A stretch of DNA of 64,000 nt from the human T2T-CHM13v2.0 reference genome, Homo sapiens (GCF_009914755.1 NC_060940.1); one strand, 5' to 3'. Numbered from the stretch's first letter, positions 24,792 through 44,302 are shown. Notes: a model not told the origin generated them from the sequence alone. A program made the numbers and translations.

Positions 24792-27516
24792 CAGGGGTGA
24801 TATCCAACCACTGACTCCAGGGGCACCACGCAGGACCCAGTCCTGCAGATATATGAATGTCTGTGCACCAGGCAGGCCCTTGGAAAGAAGGGGTGTGTGG
24901 CTGTATAAATCCTGATACAGGAGGACAATGAATCCACAATGCACACACAGCCCACACCTGCTATCACACACTGTAATAAACCCCCGCCGGTGTGCCCGTG
25001 ACAAAGTTGATCCCAAAGGATAGAGAGCAGTGATGGAAACTATAAATCTGTATCAATAGCCAGCCATTCCTCCCACCTTCCGTGTGTCATCTGTGTGTGT
25101 GCACAAACAAGGCCGCTGATACGTAAATACTCAGAGAAGTGTAATCCATCTCCTGCTGCACACTCGCTTCCAACCCTGCCCTGTATGTTGCCTGGAATTT
25201 CATATGGTATTCAGAAGGATCGAGATTGCCCAGCCTTTTGTTCAGAGCAAGTAAGCAGGGGAGTCTGACTCCAGCAGATTCAGAGATTTTATTTTCCCTC
25301 CTTCTTAGGGAAAAAAAAAAGTCAGCTTCTTAAAATTACATTGCTGGTGTTTATGATTCATATTACAAGCAATGCAACCTCTACACCCAAATCGAAATTT
25401 CATTTATGATATTGTGGACTTAATGTGAATAAAGGCCAAGGTCTAGTGTTTTCCAAGGCACCAAAGAAAGATGCACCTGCCACGGAGCTAGTCACAGGAG
25501 GGAATGAGAAGAAGATGGAGGCTGGGAAGGTAATGAAAGACAAAAGCAAACCCAAATGCCATAAAGTGACATGAAGTTAAAAAAAAAGAAAGAAAGAAAG
25601 GAAAAAGAAAGGAGGAAAAAACCCTATAGCATGTCCATCACCTGTGCTTGGGAGATGGACATAAAGAGATGAATTTAAGGCACACTTAAATTCCTGACAC
25701 TTTTCTCCTCTAGCTTGGAAATCCTACTAGTTAAAAATATGATTGGGATAACTAAAAAGGCACAGGCGACAAGACAGGTTGCATACAAAATTCAAGGTGG
25801 TTTGAACTGATAGTCTCTTTCAACCGCACAAGAAAGAGGTAATGGAGAGAATGGTGCAGATTTAAGCAAGCTCTTGATGTAAATGAAAATAAAAACCACA
25901 ACAACTTTTATATCCTTGTAGCATTTGGCTAATGAGTCACTAAAACCATCCCCGGCCCATCCATCATTTCTATTACAGAGACTCAACCACTCTCTCTCTC
26001 TAATTGGTCTAGACAGGTGTCATGATATTTCAGCACATTGAAAAAAAAAATTCCAGAGGTTTTCTTTAGTGAGACTGAAAGGTAGACACTTTGGAAAACG
26101 TTAGTCTAATTTCAACCTTCTTTGAAACAGTTTGCATTTAACAAGAAAATAAAGACAAACAAACATCTCCAGATTTAACTTCGCCTCCAAAAAGGCCCTT
26201 TAGAGGATCAAAGGAAAATTGGAAATTAATTTGATCATTTGGAGAGGGTGACCCTGCTCTCAGAAGGAACAAGTTTTATCTGGGGATCTCACTTCATGTA
26301 CATTGCTTTTCTAGAGCAATAGCAAGCAAAATTAAATACATAGGGTTTCAAATGTCAACTTCACCTTGCTATGGAGCAGCTTAAGACAATTTTACACTAA
26401 CCAATGATTTCAGGTGCTGCTCAGTACCTTTCAGGGAACAGGGTTTCACGCAACTCCATACTTAGGAAAGGAAAGAGTGGCAATAAATTAGGAAGAGACC
26501 AAATCTGAGGAATGGACGTGCCACCACATTTTACCAACAAAACAACAGTTCATTAATGATATTTTAAAGTTGTATTTCCACCAAGTTGTGACATAAGAGA
26601 ACAACAGTCAGGAAACAGGACGTTCAGCTGGCGTTTCACTGTTCACTCATAAACTGGCAGAGAAAGAAGCAAGAAAAGTCCAGGTTAAGGGCAAAGCATG
26701 GTGGTGCTCAACTTGTAATTTCCTGGTTGTTTTCAGGAGAAATGACAATCTTGCTATTTAAATATGTTTTTGACAATGCCACTTCTTTGGGAGAAAGGGT
26801 AGCTATGCAATCGGGAATCATTCCCCAGAGAAAGAGGTGACATGAATGTCTACTTTTGTTTTCCTTGGTTTGTTTTAACTCGGTAATAAGAGCCTGGTTG
26901 CTGATGCACAAGGCTTTACTGACTTAAAAGTGATGTTCGCATTGTGGCATCAGTGCTTTCCCTGAGAATGTTTCAACTTGCAGCAGCGGTAAGAAACCAC
27001 AGGCCTGATTCCTGAGATGGGTGAAATGGGCCATTACCAGTAAGAGTTGTTGAGGACACCAAAGAGAAACTTGAAGTACGCTGTTAGGTCAGGTATGAAT
27101 TTTAGGTGTGAATTTTACCCACCTCCTTGAGTATCTATATGTAAAGGCTCTGAAACTAACATGGCCCACAATACCCAGTGTTACCTGAGAATATTAATTC
27201 CTCCTCCAGATATGTTTTAAAAAATGGTATTTTCTTTAACAACTCGAAATGTAGCATACACTGCTTCTGATTTCAAGAGAAAATAAATGGTACAAAAGCA
27301 AGGAAATTCAAGCTTCAAACCAGTAGTTTTTATAACTTAAAATATTTAATCTCCATGTATCTACCATCTTATCTTTTCATCAATATGTCATCTAGCTAGA
27401 GATCATTTCTATCTATATATAAATTACAAATCTATGCACACAATTGGGGTTAGATGACAACAAGAAGTCATCATCTCTGGGTTAGAAACAACACATTAAT
27501 TTTTTCTTTGTGTTTA

Positions 27517-27913
<397 letters not shown>

Positions 27914-28321
27914 TTATTTTAAATAAAGCAAGTAAGCAATTTTCTTTAAAACTACAAATCTAACTAAAAAATGAAAAGAGGAGCTGGGAAGAAAGAAAAT
28001 GGCCTAGGACAGATTATCAAAAGAGTCATAAAATGTTTTCACTAAAGTGGCTGCAGGCAAAATATAATGGTCATTTCCTTATTTAATATACATGTGTTGA
28101 GCAATTTATGTCTTCTTGAAGGGCTTGTTCTGGGCATGGGGTTAGAAAAAGGAATAATAAATGGTTCTTACCCTTGAAGTGGTTATATTAATTGGTAAAG
28201 ATGAATATATGTTGGATTATCAAAGCTCACTCTTGCCCCATCAGTACCTAAAACTTAAGCCCAAAGAGATAGGTGCCTGGCCTTACAAAACTCTACAAAA
28301 GAAGTTAACAGAAAGTCATAT

Positions 28322-30130
<1,809 letters not shown>

Positions 30131-30351
30131 GAAATTATCATGTTTTACCAGTGAACTCCAATTTCACATTGCTATTTTCTTCTCTGCCAAAAAGGGATGA
30201 ATTCTACTCCTTTCCCTCAGAGAAGTTTTCACATATAAGTCGATGTGACTTATATGAAGAATTAGCTGAAATTTAAGAGAGGAGTTTAGGGTCATTTTTT
30301 TCACTGGGGAAATATATAGTCACGGAGAAGGCAACTCAACCAGTTATTATG

Positions 30352-30390
30352 TATATTATATATATATATATATATATAAAAAATATATAT
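30352..30390. repeat. (TA)n microsatellite
   Basis: Read directly. Confidence 0.9.
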
Positions 30391-31489
30391 GTAAAAGTCA
30401 TAACCCCATTAACACTCATTGTTGGCCTATTTCCCCAGATATTTTACAGATACAGTTTTTAGAAAGTATAGACTGTGTTCATAGCATTTTGTATCAGCAG
30501 GTTATTTAACCCATTTTGCACCTATGGGTCCTCCAAGCAAGACAGGCACATCAGTATCTTCTTCATAGTGTCTCTTGAGGACAGCCAACAGAAGGGGCCT
30601 ACAGTATAGAAATACATGCTGTTTGGATATTAATAAATAGTTTTTAGAGGAAGCAAGACCTTCCAAGTCACCAATGATAGCACTGGGTGACAAAGAAATT
30701 AGAGAGAAAGATAAAGGAACAGGACTACCTTCTCCTTCGTAAAATCTTGAAATTTTATTCCAGGATATCTGTATAACTATTAACTGAAAAGAGAGGTGTT
30801 TGTGGTTGTGTGTGTGTGTGTATTTATGAGCTTCTAAAATTACTTCTAAGTAAAAAAGTGAAAGTACAGGTCTACCAAAACCTTAGCAATAATATAATCC
30901 ATCTGCTTTTTGCTTTCCAAAATTATTTCCTTTATGATGTTACAATGTGTCGAGTCATTTATCATTAAAGATCAATTTAACTGGAAAAGTAATAATTTGA
31001 GGTGATGGGTGGAGGTGGAAGAGGTAGAGGAGAAAACTCAAATTTGCAAACTATCATGTATTTTTCCTAGGTAATCTTGTCAAAGTTTCTTCACTAAAAA
31101 GAAATTCAGGCAAAGATCTTTATATGGTATAATTACAAAGGGAAAGTAAGAAACTCCTGAGGATTTTTACTGGTGGGAATAGGCACACGTTGTATTCTAT
31201 CAAATTACTGCATACTTCACTGATATCCCTTCTTTCCCAAAGCCAAAAGACATTGAATTATTTAGTGGGTTATTAACTACTCAACTATCTGCCAGAGCTG
31301 CATGTTACTCAAGTTCTCAGCCCAAGAAGTGACCCCTTTTGAAACAGACAAACACACACGTATGCACCCACATGCAACTCAGTGTTCCAACAGATTTTGT
31401 GAGGGGAGCTGATGTCCTAGGCTTGTAATAGGTTTGTAATGGTGGGTTGGAAGTGAAAGAAGCTTTCCTCTACTGTTATCCCAGAAAAA

Positions 31490-32150
31490 TATTTCCTCTT
31501 TTTCCCTATTCTCCTTTCAAAGCTAACCTCTCACCCTGTGATCCTGGTTTCAAAGCTAACCTCTCACCCTGTGATCTTGATTTCATTAACCTCTCACCCT
31601 GTGATCCTGATTGTCTCCTGCTGACCACTGGCGATCTCACTACTCCCATCTACCATCCATCTCCATCAAATATTCTCCTTTGTCTTCAACCTTTTTTCCA
31701 ATAATAGACACTTCCTTTGACTTTCCCACTGAAGCTACTACCTTATTTCATTCATTTCCTTTACCATAAAACTACTTGAAAGAGTTGTTTATGTTGGCAT
31801 CTCTGTTTTCTGGATATGCATTTTCCTGATTTCATGTAATTTGGCTTCAGGCCTTAGTGTGTATGGCACACAATCTGTTGTTGATAGGGTTAGTCATTTC
31901 CTCTTAGCATCACCATTGACCTCAGACTATTGAAACAGGGCAGCTTATTTTCGCTCCTCACCCTGTTTGATCTTTCTTCACCCTTTAATATACTCTGCAT
32001 GAGTGAACTTATCCATTCCCATATTTTCAGATCTGCTCCTATAATTTCAGTTCTCATATAGGTAATGAAAGTCCTGAGCAGATCACTTTCCTTAACTTGA
32101 CGTCTCCAACTGTGTATTACTAGACTCCTCAAGATCATTATCTTCAAAAC
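31490..32150 (+). mobile_element. L2 internal fragment
   Basis: Pyrimidine-rich; aaagctaacctctcaccctgtg, aaactacttgaaagagttg, ctcaagatcattatcttcaaaactaaactcat. Confidence 0.6.
31515..31610. repeat. Minisatellite, 3 copies (33, 33, 30 bp)
   Basis: Core taacctctcaccctgtgatcYtg at ~33-bp period. Confidence 0.92.
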
Positions 32151-32159
32151 TAAACTCAT

Positions 32160-34150
<1,991 letters not shown>

Positions 34151-34604
34151 TGTTCTCAAATTGGAAATTAATCGAGGATTGATTTGATTTGGGCAGGTAA
34201 CTAATTTAACCATATACATATATTTATTTATTAGGAGCTCTTATTGCTTTGTACAGAATGGATTGTCAAGGAGCACGAATGGAATCAGCCCAATTAGGCA
34301 TTGCAAATTGCAAATACCTTATTTAACAGGTTGGTTCTTACTTGTCACTTTTCAATATTTAGACATACAGTATAAAGGTTGTCACCTGAATTTGCCCTAG
34401 GTATTTAAATGACTTCAAATGAGTTTCAAATGACTGTGACCTCTTTGAAGGGTTCATGTTAGCATGTTATCATCCTTTGAAAGAATGCTAGTATTTTGTA
34501 TGCTTACATACAGTTTGCCTTCAATAAACATATGCTAAACAAACAAACCTCTATTATAGCACCTGTTACATTGTGTTTTTGTTGGCCAAGTGTCTGTGTT
34601 TCTC

Positions 34605-34722
34605 TTTGACTGATTGCTCTTTGAGAGCAGGGTCAAGCATTCACTCATCTCTACATCCCTATTACAAAGCACAGTGCCACAAATATAAAAGGTATTCAAC
34701 AAATGTTTGTTGAATGAAGGAA
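34605..34722 (+). mobile_element. L2 3' end
   Basis: ctctttgagagcaggg..gcacagtgcc..tcaacaaatgtttgttgaatgaa. Confidence 0.75.
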
Positions 34723-35589
34723 TCAAGAACCCTGTTTCTTTCTGCTAAAATGTGTTTTTTAAATATCTATGTTCCAAAACACTAGTCTAAAAATGAAGGC
34801 ATCTGAAAGTAGGTCTTGGGGTATGGCTTTAATCTTGATGAGAGATACTGAGGCTTCATTGAGACCTACTGAAAAGAGAAGAGAGAAGCAAAAGAAAAAC
34901 AAAGGAAGAGTTATATATTAGCATTGTGTTAGACTTCTAGACACAGAAATAGATGAGCTAGTGGTCTGTCTAACAGAAGCCATACAGAAAAAAATACCAT
35001 GCAACGGTCCTTTGCAGTAAGAAAAGGGAAAACATTATTTTGTTTCTTTTATTCCTTCTACTCTTCTTTCTTCATACCCAAGAACCCACTGTAGAACATC
35101 TTAGAACCTTTATCCACAGCTTAATCAAGTCCACAGCAGCATTTGCTGCTGTGGTCCTGTCTGAATCTGCAAGTACCAGTTTCCCTGCTCAGATATATTG
35201 CACTGGAGTATTTTTTTTCCTTCTTGCTTTTATTCTTTACTGTTTATGCAAGAAAATCCACTAATATGTTTTGGAGAAGATAAACCCATTTGTCCACAAA
35301 TAGAAAATTCCAAACCAAGAATCTCTAAACCATGGGTTTACAGTAGCCCCATGAGGTTCAATAGTCATTGAAGAGATCTTTATTGACATGCTCTTGAGAG
35401 CAGAGTGGTTTTAATCATACTTTTTCATGAAAGTTAATATTAAAACAGAAACATGCCACCTTACTGAGTTGCACTGAGAGTCAGTGGCAAGGGCAGAATG
35501 AAAAATGAGGATTTTTCTTTTCTCCTAAAGCAGGAGTTTCCCTGTATAAATTTAATGGCATTAAAAGCAAGTCTAAACTCAAAGCCTCA

Positions 35590-37790
35590 TAGACTTCCAG
35601 TTAAACATGGTAGATTGAACATGTGTTTATCTCTTCTTCTTCTCCCAATCCCACCAAAGTAATGAGAATAAAAAAGGAATAACAGTAAAAGACTAAAAAA
35701 TGCATAAACACACAAGGAAAAGGAAACTGGGAACAAAGACAACAATGGATTAGAAATGTCAACAAATCTTCAAGGAAAAAAAGCCATGATAAGAGTATTA
35801 ATGGCCTTAGCAGAGCACAGGAAACTGAAATAAGTTTCTGCAGAGGGATGAGAAGGAAACTGACTCTCCCTGCAGGATCTGAAAGAGGCTAAAAATTGGA
35901 GGATTGGCCAAAAGTTCGTGGAAAGAGCATTTGGAGCTCTACGTTCTCTCCTCCATCCCTCAAAGCCAGGAGACAACTCCTGTTTCATTTCTTCAGAAGA
36001 CAGAAGGCTTATTTTAGGAAGTATTTAAGCAGAAGTGACTCTAGATTCAGAGATCCTGGGGCCTGCAATGGAACTGGAGCATTCAGTGAAAGTTTGCAAG
36101 CTGGACATTGATGCTCCCCAGGCAAGAAATTACAGGAGGTTTCTCTAGGGAAACTCAACAGTATCCAAAAAGAGAATTATCACTTGGTGGTCTCCAAGTG
36201 AAAACAGTCATTCCCTGCCTCATCCTACAGTAGATAAACATACCCAATCAACTTTTTAGTGCCTTGCTCTCGAACACAGCAAGTCAAATAACGGAAGATA
36301 TTTGGAGGAAGCTGAATCACAGGGACAGAAATAAACTGCAAAAAAAAGAAAGAACTCAGTCAAAAACAAACAATGCAGAGAACAAAAGAAAAACTTCAAG
36401 TAGAAGTAATATTTTTAGAAAGGTAACAGAGGACATTGCCTCTAGAAAACATGAACAGAACATTATACACATATGAACAATAAAAACTAGAATACCACAT
36501 TCTCAGAATTGTTTAAAAATCAAGTTGAATGGTAGGAAGATAAAATTGAAGAAGTTTCCCTAAAAGTACAATGAAAAGGCAATAGAGGAGAAAAGATAAG
36601 AAAATCGGAGAATATATCCAGGCAAGTTCAACATCTAATTAATAAAAATCTCCAAAAGAGAGAATAAACGAAAACCGAGGTAAACAAATTATCAGATAAT
36701 TATTTCAGAAAAATTTCCCAGAACTAAGAGACACAAAAACTTCAGATTAAAAGTTTCCAACCAGGTACCCAGCTCAGTGAACGCAAACAGACCCACATGA
36801 AGGCACAGCTTTGCAAAATCACAAAATATTGGAATCTTAGAGAGGCTTCTAGATGTTTCCAGAAGGAGAAAAGCAGATCATACAAAGCAGCCGGAACTAG
36901 AATGGCATCGATCTTCTCAGCAGCGGCACTGGAAGCTCAAAGACAACAGGGAAGTACCTTAAACAATATGAGGTAAAATAATTTTCAAGCTACAATTCTA
37001 CACCCACAGTATCGACCTAGTTTGGGGTTGGAATAAAGATATTTTTAGACAGTTAAGTTCTCAAGACATTTACCTCCCAACACGTGTTTTCTGAGGAAGC
37101 TACCAGTGAAGTATGCTAACAAAATGAGAGAAGAAACAGACAAGCAAGAAAGCATAAAATCCAGGGAAAGCAATAAAAAAAACTTCAGGAAAAACAAACA
37201 AAACCAGGAGAGAGGAAATGGGGCTTTCAAGGTGACGACAAAGGAGTGAGAACAAGAGGAAGTGGTCTTGGAGCAGACCTAGAAAGTAACTGCCCACGCT
37301 GGAGTGGAGACATGCGGCCCCCTGAAGTGCACGCTTACATATTGTCCCATAGATCTGACCCGATGGAAGGTTCTACTGGGAAGGTCTTGGAGCATATGGG
37401 TAAAATCTCTGAGAAAATTAGGCAGGCGAAAAGATGTGTCAGAAAAGCAATATAACTTTTATGGAATACATTATTATATTCAGCATAAACAGCAAAAAGA
37501 TATACACTGATGTAGGGAAGATGGGAGGGGGGACAGAGTTGATTCTTACCTACTAAAATAGAAGCCCTTAGATGTATAAAATGGACACAATGAGTAAAAG
37601 CAGCATTATTTAGAAATATATAAATAGCAGAAGACATGGGTAAGTGAATGGAAAACAGCCTCCTTTGGGGAATAGGATTGGGGTGGGAGATGGATTATGG
37701 GAACTGCTATTGGTAATCATAAGCCTTTTAGTATTACTTGGCTTTTTAAAAGTATATGCCTGCATTACTTTACAAAAATAGAAATTAGTA
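35590..37790 (+). mobile_element. HAL1 (Half-L1), near full length
   Basis: 5' gacttccagttaaacatgg; decayed ORF1-like body (ggaagataaaattgaagaa, aaaatttcccagaact, agaatggcatc..cactggaagct, atttacctccc); 3' ataagcctttt..gcattacttt..aaaata with no ORF2 in between. Confidence 0.78.
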
Positions 37791-39639
37791 AACAAGCAAA
37801 CGTCAGTCTCTGCAAATTGGTCTCTCTGTGAAATTCTCAGATGCAAACGAGATAGGTGACGCGAGCTCTGGGCAGGGATGGAGACGCTGGTCCACATGCT
37901 CCTCCGACTCCTCCCTGCAGAGAATACTGAATTCAGGCAGTGTGAGGGACGCTTCCACCAAATTTGTTTCTCTTTAAGGCAGCTGCTTAAAGAGGGAAGG
38001 TGGTCCGTGGCCTCGAGGACATCAGGTCACATTGGTTCATGAACTCAGACTTAATTCCCAGTCTCTCGTGAAAGCAGCTCTGATTCCCAGTGGAACTCTT
38101 TTTCTTTTACTCAAGCACATGGTTCATTAGACGATTCCTACTCTACGATGGATTCTTTGCCTGCAGCTCTGCTCTAAGTCTTTGAGAGGATACAGATGGA
38201 GCCTCTCCTCTGCAGTCTTTCTGGTTTCCCACTTCCTCCCTTCCCACCTTCAGGCTCCTGACTTCAGAGGACCGCCTCTCTTGTTGTCTAGGATCCACGC
38301 TCTCTTTTTACTTCTGTCATATTGACATGCTCAGTGACCTCCATGGGGAAGGTATATAATCATGGGAGGATGCATGAGTCCACAATCAATGGATACATTC
38401 CTCAATACATAAAGCAATTTGATCACGCATATATTCAAAGATAAACAGCTCTGTTTACAGCCACTTGAAATATTTACATATACCAAAATATAAAACGGCA
38501 TATAAAAATGCAACACACACACCACTGGTGTGTTCCTTTATGTGTTAATACATTATATAAATACCACATACCTCCTGCCCCCACAACCTATATTAAGCGT
38601 AGTACATATGTGCACCCTTCCACATAGGTACCCTAGAACAGTACAGCCTGAACAGACGCTGTTTTTCCTTCCTGACAAACGGGCATGAAATAACAGGCTG
38701 ACATCTGCCTCTAAAGGTTATTCAAGTCAGCCTGCTACATGTCAAAATTCAAACTGCTACATCCATCAACGGCAGACCCAAAATGAACGTAGCTTGGAAA
38801 CTCAGCGGCAAGACAGTAACAGCCCAATTCGAAGTCTGACCTTCGAGGAATGGTGGGGTACGATGGAAAATTATTTCATGCCCTGCACCAAAGCCAACAA
38901 TAGAATTTGAAGAGATTTTCAGTTAAATTAATTTTAAAGAAAAATCCCCCAGTGTAGCAGTTTAACTCTTAGGGTCACATAAAAGGAGTGCTAAGCATAA
39001 GAGATTTTGCTATCTGGAGGCTCCGTCAGCACCTTGTGCAAAAGAACTAAAACAATATTTTAGGCAAAACAGTTTGAAGTCATTTGCACTGTAGCACACA
39101 CTAAAAGTCTTTATCAGTAAGTGAAGAAATCATCAAGAGATTTAATTCCTCACAGAATTTTTTTGGGAATGGCTATTGGTTAAAATAAAATTGCAAATGA
39201 GATCAGCCCTTCAGGATTACAAATATGAATGAACCCTTTTCTGGAGATATTTTTAAGGGTGATGATTTCCCTCAGCTCAATTATCATAAAATGTATGCCA
39301 GGAGATTTTATAACCAGTATCCAAAGACAACCACCAATTTAATAAATGAACCAGAATCTGATGCACAAAATTATTTTACCTACTGATGTGGCTACGATAT
39401 TAGGCACAGCACACCTTTTAAAAAATGCTATATACATTTGCAGTCAATGACATCTTGAACTATGCTTTAAACTCATGTTCCATGAAGGTGAAGTTACCTT
39501 TTTCTCTCTGCTGAAGACTGCTTCAAAACTCAACCTGAAAAGTCATCCTAGTGTGTTCCTTCCGAGCAATTCCAGTGTTTCCATTGACATCAAGTCCAGG
39601 CTAAAGTTGAGGGAGTGTTTCTTACATTTGTTAACAGAA

Positions 39640-40900
<1,261 letters not shown>

Positions 40901-41170
40901 TAGTGCTGAATACCTGATTCACTGGCATGACTGAACACAGTTTAGGGGAGGCAGGAGAGAGGAATGGGGTCCATGTTAAATTTGCCAGAGCATCTCATGG
41001 GACTTACAGTGATGGATTTTAGTCAAGCAACCAGATATTACCAGGGAAAGCTGGTGAACAGAAAGGCTTTCACTGCTAAAAATCCTGGTTAATTTTCTAA
41101 CAATAAATTTTTTAAAATTTTTCTTGGGGATTCCAAATGTAGCATTTAAAGGACCATCTTTTTAAATCAT

Positions 41171-41438
<268 letters not shown>

Positions 41439-42794
41439 TAAAGGACCATCTTTAACGACAAAATTTATTCTAAGCATTTAAATCTTTTACCTAGTTAGCC
41501 CTTAATAAATATGTTGATGATGAGAGGATTATACATATGTCATGTTTCCCCTTCTTTATAAAAATACGTAGCATGGATAGTTTAACAAGCATTTATTAAT
41601 AATGCTTTGAGAACATTTAATCGAGAATTTCTTAATGTAGAAAAATTTGAAAAGCATAAAAAGCCATTTGGTTTAATTTCCTGGCTTGTAAAAATAAAGT
41701 GGCTAAATGACATGACTTTTGGGGTCCTTCCAGGTCCAACATTTTGGTCCCATGATTTCATTTCTTTCTTTCTTAATCTTATCAGCCTTGGAGGTGATGG
41801 TAACTGTACAGGGACGACCATATCTTAGTCTTGTGTAGCTCATTCTCCTAAAGCCAAACCCTAGGAATTCTTAGTGTTGCAGATGTGAGGAAATGAGAAT
41901 TCTCATGCTTTGCTGATGACAGTCTGAAAATCGATATAGCCTTTTGGATGGGAAATTTTGAAATGTGTTTCAAAAGACTAAAAATGTGACCATATACATT
42001 GATCAAAATTTTCTCAGATTTTATTCTAAAGAAATAAGTGAACTGGTGAACAAATATATTCATTATAACATTATTCATAACAGTAATGAAATTGGGAACA
42101 GTAACAACTTCCAACATGAGGTGATAGATTAAAGAAAGTAGGATGTGTCTTTACAATGGAATGCTATGATAGATTGATACACATTTACTGATATGTAAAG
42201 ACAGTTGCAAAATCAAAACTACTTAGAGATGAGACAATGAGGGTACCCACCTCATAATCTAAGATATATGACCAAAATGATACACAGATCAAAATTTATT
42301 ATTTATATTGTATTTCATAGAAAATAAGAAAGAATGACAAATTAACTGAACATTCAATTTAAAAAGATAGAAAGAGAAGAGAAAACAATAATGATAACTC
42401 CAGAGAAAGCAGATTGATGAAAATAAAAATACACTAAATTTGATAAAATAGATGAAAAGATCTGTAAGATACATAAATGTCTCCTAAAAAAGAAAGGAAA
42501 GACAATTAATATTAGGAAATAGAAAAGGCACTTATCTGTTCATATGCAGGAGCCAAAATGAGATGTTACTTACAAGGTACTTGAAAGAAGTAGCTTGTGC
42601 AATTGTATACTGACAAACTTCGAAACCTCCGTGAAATGAAAGATTGTCTAAGAAAATAAATACATTTTTAAGTTGGCTCAAAAATAAACAAAAAATTTCA
42701 ATAGACAATAATCATATGGGAAATTGAAAAAGTTGTAAAAGATCTAGACTGCCAAATGCCTCAAACTCAGCCAGTTTTATAAGTGAGCTCGTCT

Positions 42795-42918
42795 CAGAGG
42801 GATTGTATAATTTATCCTCCAAACTGGAACCCTTTGGAGAGTGAAAGAACGTAATTACGCAGGGAGAATCTGAGAAACAGGAGATGTTTCAGGCGAATTA
42901 GGACAAATGGCAGTACTC
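42795..42918 (+). mobile_element. MER94-like hAT-Blackjack relic
   Basis: tataatttatcctccaaactggaaccctttggagagtgaaag..taattacgc matches remembered MER94. Confidence 0.6.
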
Positions 42919-42930
42919 GTTGTGCCAAAC

Positions 42931-43190
42931 TTTTTTTTTTTTCTTTTTTTTTTTTTTGAGACGGAACTCTGTTGCCAGGTTGGAGTGTGTGGCGCGATCT
43001 CGGCGCACTGCACGGTCCGACTCCCAGGTTTACGCCATTCTCCTGCCTCAGCCTCTGGAGCAGCTGGGACTACAGGCGCCTGCCACCACAGGCAGCTAAT
43101 TTTTTGTATTTTTAGTAGAGACGGGGTTTCACCGTGTTAGCCAGGATGGTCTCAATCTCCTGACCTTGTGATCTGCCGGCCTCAGCCTCC
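42931..43190 (-). mobile_element. Alu (Y/Sc-like), 5'-truncated
   Basis: Ends at ctcagcctcc; TSD gttgtgccaaactttt / gttgtaccaactttt. Confidence 0.9.
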
Positions 43191-43226
43191 GGTTGTACCA
43201 ACTTTTAAAGGATAAATAATTCTAAG

Positions 43227-43577
43227 TGATATAGTTTGCATTTGTGTCTTCACCCAAATCTCATGGCAGATTGGAGCAGGGGTGTGGTGAGAGGTGGCTG
43301 GATCACGGGGGCAGATTCTCCTTTGCTGTTCTCGTGATAGTGAGTTCTCGTCAGATCTGATGGTTTAAAAGTATGCGGCACTTACCGCTTCACTCCCTCT
43401 CTCCTACTGCCATCTTAAGACATCTTTCACCTTCCGCCATGATTGTTAAGTTTCCTGAGGCCTCCCAGTCATGCTTCCTGTTAAGCCTGTGGAACTGTGA
43501 GTCAATTAAACTTGTTTCCTTCATAAATTACCCAGTCTCAGGTAGTTCTTTATAGCAGTGTGGAAATAGACTATACA
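43227..43577 (+). mobile_element. Solo LTR, ERVL-MaLR (MSTA/THE1-like)
   Basis: TGATATAGTTTG..cacccaaatctcat..ccttccgccatgattg..tttcctgaggcctccc..ataaattacccagtctcaggt..ctatACA. Confidence 0.9.
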
Positions 43578-44169
43578 TTAAAGTTATGAAAACTGTATCA
43601 TAGTTTAGAAAGAGATTAAAGATTTTCCAGTTTAGAGTCAAGAAAAGCAGAAGAGAAAAAAAAACAAAAAAGAAGGAAGAAAATTCTATGCCTACTGATG
43701 CATGTTCCCAAATAAACAAAATGTATCTATTATACACATACCTAAATGTCAATTATAAATCAGTAAGAAAAACCCAAATGAAAAAATGGGTCAAAATATG
43801 CAAAATCAGTTTATAGAAAATAAATACAAACAAACCATAAGCATATAAAACATACGCTCAATACAACTGATGCATAAACAAAAAAAAATTTTAACTGATC
43901 TGCTTAGAAAAATGTTAATAATATTAAACGTCAAAAAGTGTGGTCTTTCATGCACTGTTGATGAGAATGTAAATTGGGGCTACATTCTGGAGGATCATTT
44001 GGCAATTATTTACCGAAATTTAAAATACACACACCCTATGATACACTTATTTCCCCTGCTAGGAATCTATACTACAGAAACACTTGAGCAAATGTGCAGG
44101 ATATATCTATATGGATGCCGACTGATGCATTATTTTAATTATAACGAATAACTAGAAATAATCTAAATT

Positions 44170-44260
44170 ACTCATTTTTCAGGTAATGAAACAGACTCAG
44201 AGAGATTAAATGATTTGTCAAAGTCCACATCATTATCAATTGGGTTTATAGGACTAGAAA
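44170..44260 (-). mobile_element. MIR
   Basis: ctcatttttcaggtaatgaaacagactcagagagattaaatgatttgtcaaagtccaca. Confidence 0.7.
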
Positions 44261-44302
44261 AAGCTGAGCTTTAAAAAACATAGAACAGTTTGCTAATTGT
44301 AG

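Larger units (their letters stand above)
41860..44165 (+). mobile_element. L1M/L1ME fragments hosting MER94, an Alu and an MST LTR
   Basis: agatgtgaggaaatgagaattctcat, gaaattgaaaaagttgtaaaagatct, cagttttataagtgag, tgcactgttgatgagaatgtaaattgg. Confidence 0.7.

Noticed and set aside
26720-26840. Plus-strand acceptor ttgttttcag with a short open frame (EMTILLFKYVFDNATSLGER)
   Set aside because: Weak donors, unrecognised peptide, stops in the other two frames.
31515-31610. CRISPR-like reading of the ~33-bp repeats (also 16801-16852 and the 32-bp pair)
   Set aside because: No unique spacers of regular length, only 2-3 copies, no cas genes, primate context.
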